Positions 58,894-64,000 of a DNA stretch of 64,000 nt are shown here, in pieces. The stretch comes from Planctomycetota bacterium. Its GTDB lineage: Bacteria; Planctomycetota; Phycisphaerae; WQYP01. Numbering within the stretch: the stretch's first letter is position 1; every line of letters starts with the position of its first letter. A model generated the notes under the pieces. That model did no database searches, was not told the origin of the DNA, and saw only the letters and a program-made list of their open reading frames with translations. The stretch spans positions 65,705 to 129,704 of the forward strand of contig JAJZNX010000025.1 in NCBI GenBank assembly GCA_021852275.1, in the 5' to 3' direction. A program made the translations under genes and the position numbers.

Positions 58894-59661
58894 ATGGTGG
58901 AATCAGGACAGCTAAAACTTACCGTGCAGCCCAATCCAGAGGTGCCATTGGCCATTATCCATCAGGATGGCGAAATACTGGTGATCAATAAGCCCGCGGG
59001 TGTGGTTACACAACCCGGCAAAGGACATAGCCGCGATTCCTTGCTTAATGGACTGTTCAGCCGCTTTGGCAATCTACTGCACAACATGGGCGAAAAACGG
59101 GATTACGGCCTCTTGCATAGGTTGGATAAAGACACCAGCGGCCTGCTGGTAGTGGCCATCCGCCCCAGAGCTTATGACGAACTGCGGGCCGATTTTGAAA
59201 ATCGCCTGGTGGATAAAGAATATCTCGCCATCGTGCGCCCACGCCCGGATAAGCCCAACGGTGTCATTCAGGCGCGGCTGCGGGAAATTACCGGTGACTA
59301 TAAAAAGGTGGTGGTTTCACCCTCCGGTCAGGATGCACTGTCCGTCTACCGCACTCTAAGTGCAAACGGTGATTCCGCCCTTTTGGCCGTAATTATTAAA
59401 ACTGGCCGCCTGCATCAAATTCGCGCTCATGCCAAATTCATCGGTGCACCTATCTTGGGTGACACCGTTTATGGCCCGGCGAAGTCCGCCGCCCCACGCA
59501 TTTGCCTGCACGCCGCTACACTGGGGTTTCGTCACCCGGCCACGCGCCAATGGCGGCACTTCACCGCCCCACTCCCGGCAGATATGCTGGCCGTAGCCAG
59601 ACGATTGGGGCTGACGGTACCGGCACAGTGGTGCCACGGACAGACATTGACAAACCCATAA
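58894..59661 (+). CDS. RluA-family pseudouridine synthase
   Basis: Catalytic-Asp motif HRLDKDTSGLLVVA. Confidence 0.8.
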   Translation: MVESGQLKLTVQPNPEVPLAIIHQDGEILVINKPAGVVTQPGKGHSRDSLLNGLFSRFGNLLHNMGEKRDYGLLHRLDKDTSGLLVVAIRPRAYDELRADFENRLVDKEYLAIVRPRPDKPNGVIQARLREITGDYKKVVVSPSGQDALSVYRTLSANGDSALLAVIIKTGRLHQIRAHAKFIGAPILGDTVYGPAKSAAPRICLHAATLGFRHPATRQWRHFTAPLPADMLAVARRLGLTVPAQWCHGQTLTNP

Positions 59662-59961
59662 GTGCCGCTGCGCCCGCCTCTTAACGAATCATGGCTCCGC
59701 AACTGCGTGCGGCCATGACCATAAATATAGCCATCGCTTCCGTTTCGCATCGCTAGTGCACTGTCACAGCATAATTTTAGAATTTGGAATCTCGATTCAA
59801 GGTCATAATCAACTCATTGCCAAATATGGCAATCCGAAAATATTGTGTTGACAAAGCACTAGTCGTTATTTTATGTTTTAATCTGCACCAGGCGCAGCCG
59901 CCACCACCAGCAGCATACGCGATATTACCGCGCTACTGCTGGATACTCTTACGCAGGAGCC

Positions 59962-60840
59962 ATGGCCATGTTATATGAAAAGCAAAATGACAGCGTTGAT
60001 CCGACCACACGCGATATGTGGCGGATTTTTCGTATCATGGCGGAGTTTGTGGAGGGCTTTGAGCAACTCGCACCCATCGGACCTGCGGTTACTGTTTTCG
60101 GCTCTGCCCGTTTATCTGCAGATGATCATTGGTACGATGTGGCCCGCACCCTGGGAGCCATGTTAGCGCGCAACAACTTTGCCGTCATCACCGGCGGCGG
60201 TCCCGGTATTATGGAAGCCGCCAACCGCGGAGCCAAAGACGCCGGTGGTATTTCCGTCGGCCTCAATATCAGCCTGCCCACCGAACAACACGCCAACAGC
60301 CACCAGACCATCAGCATGAATCACCATTATTTTTTCGTGCGCAAAACCATGTTCGTCAAGTACAGCCACGCATGCGTCTGTTTCCCCGGTGGATATGGCA
60401 CCATGGATGAATTTTTTGAAACGCTCACCCTGGTGCAGACGATGAAAATTGATCCGCGGCCACTGGTGCTGATGGGACGTGATTATTGGCAGGGATTAAT
60501 TGACTGGATGGACCAGACCATGAATCAAAAGTACCATACTATACATCCTTCGGATCTAAAATTATTTCAGATTACGGATGACCCTGAATACGCCTGTAAA
60601 ATAATTGTAGATTCGGAAAAAGGCCGCTGTTGGACTCCGCCTCATGGCGGTGATGTCACCACCATCCAGTCCCGCCAGATTTCACCTGAAGGAACCCGCT
60701 TCGGTGTGGTTCCACGTACGTCGCCGCATGTTGAAATCCACCCTGCACAAGGCGACCGAACAATATCAAGTGAAAACGGGACTACCACCAGGGCAACGAA
60801 AGCCCCCGCCCCCAAAAAGAAACGCCGGAAACATCTTTAA
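59962..60840 (+). CDS. LOG-family (TIGR00730-like) nucleotide phosphoribohydrolase with ~90-aa basic C-terminal extension
   Basis: VTVFGSARL...ITGGGPGIMEAANRGA and PGGYGTMDE motifs. The tail ends KKKRRKHL. Confidence 0.75.
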   Translation: MAMLYEKQNDSVDPTTRDMWRIFRIMAEFVEGFEQLAPIGPAVTVFGSARLSADDHWYDVARTLGAMLARNNFAVITGGGPGIMEAANRGAKDAGGISVGLNISLPTEQHANSHQTISMNHHYFFVRKTMFVKYSHACVCFPGGYGTMDEFFETLTLVQTMKIDPRPLVLMGRDYWQGLIDWMDQTMNQKYHTIHPSDLKLFQITDDPEYACKIIVDSEKGRCWTPPHGGDVTTIQSRQISPEGTRFGVVPRTSPHVEIHPAQGDRTISSENGTTTRATKAPAPKKKRRKHL

Positions 60841-60863
60841 CTGCCAATGGTTTTACATCATCA

Positions 60864-62243
60864 TCACCGGCGACGACGCGTGGGGAAACGACCGCTCAAG
60901 GGCCGAGGTTTGCTTTCCGCCGATGCTGCGGTAAACGAGGTGGGACTGTAAACTGTGGTATCTACTGCGGAGGCTGCGCCGGGTCCGGCCGGTGTCACGC
61001 TGTGACCAGCCGTATCCCGCGGGTCCACCCGGTCCGCACTGCCGGCACTGGACCGGTGCTGGTCGAAGCCATGACCGCGACCCGGCTCCGGCGTGGGTAC
61101 AAAGCCCGCAATCTTATAGTCTTCCAGCAGATGATTGATCAGCTTTTCAATTTCCGTTTGCAGTTGGGCCTGACCCGGCGAAACAAACGTAAATGCCCGA
61201 CCGGTGGCTCCCATGCGGGCGGTGCGGCCTACCCGATGCACATATACCTCGGCCTCTTCAGGCACGTCATAGTTGATGATGTGAGTTACTTCATGCACAT
61301 CAATGCCGCGGCTGGCCAGATCGGTAGCCACCAACACATTAATTTTGCCGGTCCGGAAACCACGCATCACCCGCTCGCGCTTGGCCTGCAATAGATCGCC
61401 ATGAATCGGAGAAGCGTTAATGCCATGCGCTGACAGAGACGCCGCCACTTTATCCACGCTGCGCTTGGTGCGGCAAAAAATAATTGCCAATTTGGGATTC
61501 TCCTGCTTAAGCAGCAGGTGCAGCGCCCGTTGTTTATCCCAGGGTTGCACACCCACAAAATATTGTATTGCCTCCGGATTGGTCAACGTTTCCTGGTTCG
61601 TGGAGGTAAAAATGCGTTCCGGGTTAACGGTATGTTTGGCCACCAGCCGTTCGATATCGTCATTGATGGTGGCAGAAACCAAAATGGTTTGATGCGGTGC
61701 CACGCAAGCGGTAAGAATTTTACGCACATCATCACGGAATCCGATGTCAAACATCCGATCCACTTCGTCGCACACCACGAACTTCATATTGTACAGCGGT
61801 AATGCCCCACGTTCGTTCAAGTCAATAATGCGCCCGGGTGTACCCACCACCAGGTGCGGCTGGCGTTCCAGCAGTTTCAGATCGTGGGTTACCTTCTGGC
61901 CCCCATACACCACCTGCAATCGCAGCGCCGTGTGCTTGGCAAAACGCAGCAATTCCGCTTCCACCTGGACTGCCAATTCACGGGTGGGCACGACCACCAA
62001 AGTCTGAAAAGCCTGCCCATGATCCATGCGCTGCAAGATTGGCAAACCGAAAGCCGCGGTTTTTCCAGTGCCGGTTCGGGCTTGTCCGATAACGTCAACA
62101 CCACGCAGGGCCACGGGTATCAGGCGCTTTTGAATTTCGGAAGGCTCGCGAAAATGAATTTCCGCCAAAGCCAGCAATATGGTGTTATCCAAACCCAAAG
62201 CCGCAAAAGCTTCAGGCAATTCCAGGTGAGTACGGTTGGTCAT
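60864..62243 (-). CDS. DEAD-box ATP-dependent RNA helicase
   Basis: Q-motif and motif I (GQARTGTGKT). Motif II DEVD. SAT. HRVGRTAR. The C-terminus is basic. The start was set at MTNRT. Confidence 0.85.
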   Translation of the reverse strand: MTNRTHLELPEAFAALGLDNTILLALAEIHFREPSEIQKRLIPVALRGVDVIGQARTGTGKTAAFGLPILQRMDHGQAFQTLVVVPTRELAVQVEAELLRFAKHTALRLQVVYGGQKVTHDLKLLERQPHLVVGTPGRIIDLNERGALPLYNMKFVVCDEVDRMFDIGFRDDVRKILTACVAPHQTILVSATINDDIERLVAKHTVNPERIFTSTNQETLTNPEAIQYFVGVQPWDKQRALHLLLKQENPKLAIIFCRTKRSVDKVAASLSAHGINASPIHGDLLQAKRERVMRGFRTGKINVLVATDLASRGIDVHEVTHIINYDVPEEAEVYVHRVGRTARMGATGRAFTFVSPGQAQLQTEIEKLINHLLEDYKIAGFVPTPEPGRGHGFDQHRSSAGSADRVDPRDTAGHSVTPAGPGAASAVDTTVYSPTSFTAASAESKPRPLSGRFPTRRRR

Positions 62244-62617
62244 GAGTTTCCTGTTAAAATTTGCGACAATCATGCTCCGGCCATATCTATTTGCCAAAGC
62301 CTGATATGCCGGGCGAGTCTACATAGCTTTGGCCCGCCGACCCAGTCGATCATTGGCCATCCAACGCAAATAAAGGGTTATGACGCCCGACTGGCTGACC
62401 CGACTCGTACCATAGTCTAGGCCATCCGGAGACATCCAACAAGTGCTCCCGGTCTATCATTGCCGAGACATAAAGGTGCTTTGCACGGGAGAAGAGTGTA
62501 TAATGTTCATAGTCGGCTTGGAACCAGCCCTCTCCTGCGTGCATGATCCGGCTTGAATTGTGGCAATGCAGGCGGGTGATGGTTTTTTGGCATTAGCACC
62601 GTTTCCAACACAAGGTA

Positions 62618-62965
62618 TTGATTATGATTGGCTTACAACACTGGCTGACCCTTGGATTGTTTCAGAATCTTTTTGACGGTCCGGATATTTTTATCGTTGG
62701 GGTTATCGCGCTGCTTCTTTTCGGCAACCGCCTGCCTGATCTTGCACGCAGCATGGGACGTACCATTGTCGAGTTCAAAAAAGGCCTCAAAGAAACCCGA
62801 AATGAAGTAGATAAAGCCACCAAAGACGATGCCGACGGTAACGCCTATCGCCCGCAGGCGCAAATTCCGCCATCCCAGATGTCGCAGATGCCGCCGGCGG
62901 ATAATCCCCGCCAGATCAAGCAAGTGTCCAGCACCAACGTGAATAGCACCACCGACGAACCATGA
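62618..62965 (+). CDS. tatA: twin-arginine translocase TatA/TatE-family protein
   Basis: TM helix followed by the amphipathic helix LLLFGNRLPDLARSMGRTIVEFKKG. The C-terminal tail is long. The true start may be internal. Confidence 0.7.
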   Translation: MIMIGLQHWLTLGLFQNLFDGPDIFIVGVIALLLFGNRLPDLARSMGRTIVEFKKGLKETRNEVDKATKDDADGNAYRPQAQIPPSQMSQMPPADNPRQIKQVSSTNVNSTTDEP

Positions 62966-62982
62966 TCGCGTTTTCAAGCTGG

Positions 62983-64000
62983 TTATGCGGGAAACATTCC
63001 CATCAATCCCGCATACACGCCTACAACACTCGTGAGCACCACGATAAGCCCCACCAGCCACGCATACCAACCGCGCAACCGCCACGGTTCGGGCAACGCC
63101 TTGAGCGCCAGCAAATATAAAAATCCCAGAACAATCGGCAGCAGCAACGCATTCATCACCTCCACCGTTACTGTCAGCTTCACCAGGTTAATACCAGAAA
63201 GTACCGTCATGGCCCCCACCAGCAGGCAGATAACATACACAGCATAAAACCATGGCGCTTCAAAGGGGTGATGGGCCAGCGAACGCTTATACCCCGTTAC
63301 TTCGCCCAGACCCCAGGCCGCCGTCAAAGACACCACAATGGCCGCCACCAAAGCCGCACCCAACATACCCATGGCAAAGACTACTTTGCCCCACGTAGAA
63401 CCAAGTATCGGAATCAGGGCATGGGCAATTTGCTGCACCGTATTGAGCGGAGCCGCAGGATTGGTCCGCCCGATAGTCGCTGCCGCCAGTACCAGTACAG
63501 CACCCATAATGAGCTGCGTCACCAGCGCACCGCCAAAAGTATCCCACCGTTCAGGTTTCAGGTGCTCTACTTGAAGTCCCTTATCCACCACCGCGGATTG
63601 TTGATAAAAAATCATCCACGGCATAATCACCGCGCCCACATTACCCGCCACCAAAAATAGAAAAGCATGGTTGTGAATGGGTACATTGCGGAATGCCTGC
63701 AACATACTGGCCACGTCCGGCTTGGAAGCAATGGCGGTTCCCACAAACGCCAGCTCAAACAGACCGATCATAATAGCCACCACTTCCACCTGCCGATACG
63801 TACCCGAGGCCACCACCATCACCAGAAACACCACCGTGCCCAGTACGCTGGCCCAGGTGGGCACGCCAAACAGCAGCCCCACTCCCGCAATGCCCGCAAA
63901 TTCGGTCAACAAAGCACCGATGCAACTAAGCATCAACGTGCCCACAGACAGCCATGCCCAGCCCCGGCCAAAGCGCGCCGATATCAATTCGCCGTGGCCT
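62983..64000 (-). CDS. NRAMP/MntH-like divalent metal transporter, N-terminus beyond window end
   Basis: Multi-TM protein. GAVIMPWMIFYQQSAV resembles the NRAMP TM6 motif (MPH). The ORF runs off the window. Confidence 0.5.
   Translation of the reverse strand, partial: GHGELISARFGRGWAWLSVGTLMLSCIGALLTEFAGIAGVGLLFGVPTWASVLGTVVFLVMVVASGTYRQVEVVAIMIGLFELAFVGTAIASKPDVASMLQAFRNVPIHNHAFLFLVAGNVGAVIMPWMIFYQQSAVVDKGLQVEHLKPERWDTFGGALVTQLIMGAVLVLAAATIGRTNPAAPLNTVQQIAHALIPILGSTWGKVVFAMGMLGAALVAAIVVSLTAAWGLGEVTGYKRSLAHHPFEAPWFYAVYVICLLVGAMTVLSGINLVKLTVTVEVMNALLLPIVLGFLYLLALKALPEPWRLRGWYAWLVGLIVVLTSVVGVYAGLMGMFPA

Noticed and set aside
1-64000. CRISPR arrays, IS elements or prophage genes
   Set aside because: No direct-repeat/spacer periodicity was seen on reading the sequence. 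No transposase, integrase, capsid or terminase-like ORFs were seen.

Overview
High-GC (~58%) chromosomal window from a Gram-negative bacterium. Several features point weakly to a Planctomycetota-like lineage: DUF1802, a YVTN beta-propeller fusion, a GT39 membrane protein, and many secreted, PDZ and TPR proteins. I did not find a strong candidate for a novel system, but two modules merit follow-up. The content is mostly housekeeping genes with a few poorly characterised modules. Housekeeping genes include hisC-hisB, deoC, panD, the dxr-rseP operon, proA, uvrC, gcvT-gcvH, dapA, pdxJ, rdgB, folD, trxB, rpsU, tatA, a tRNA-Ser(CGA) and a tmRNA (ssrA). I saw no CRISPR array, transposase, integrase or prophage signature. 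The two modules that most deserve a second look are (1) a translationally coupled pair of NirJ/AhbC/AhbD-like radical SAM/SPASM enzymes at 36.5-38.9 kb and (2) a short SNF2-family helicase whose stop overlaps the start of an uncharacterised zinc-ribbon protein at 51.8-54.8 kb. Other notable items are a tandem active plus catalytically dead HtrA pair with an inverted repeat upstream of the dead copy, a solitary nuoC, an ECF sigma/anti-sigma/LTXXQ envelope-stress cassette, a UvrC that lacks its C-terminal HhH domain, and a tmRNA with an unusual predicted tag. All functional calls come from motif recognition by eye in the supplied translations. No database search was run.
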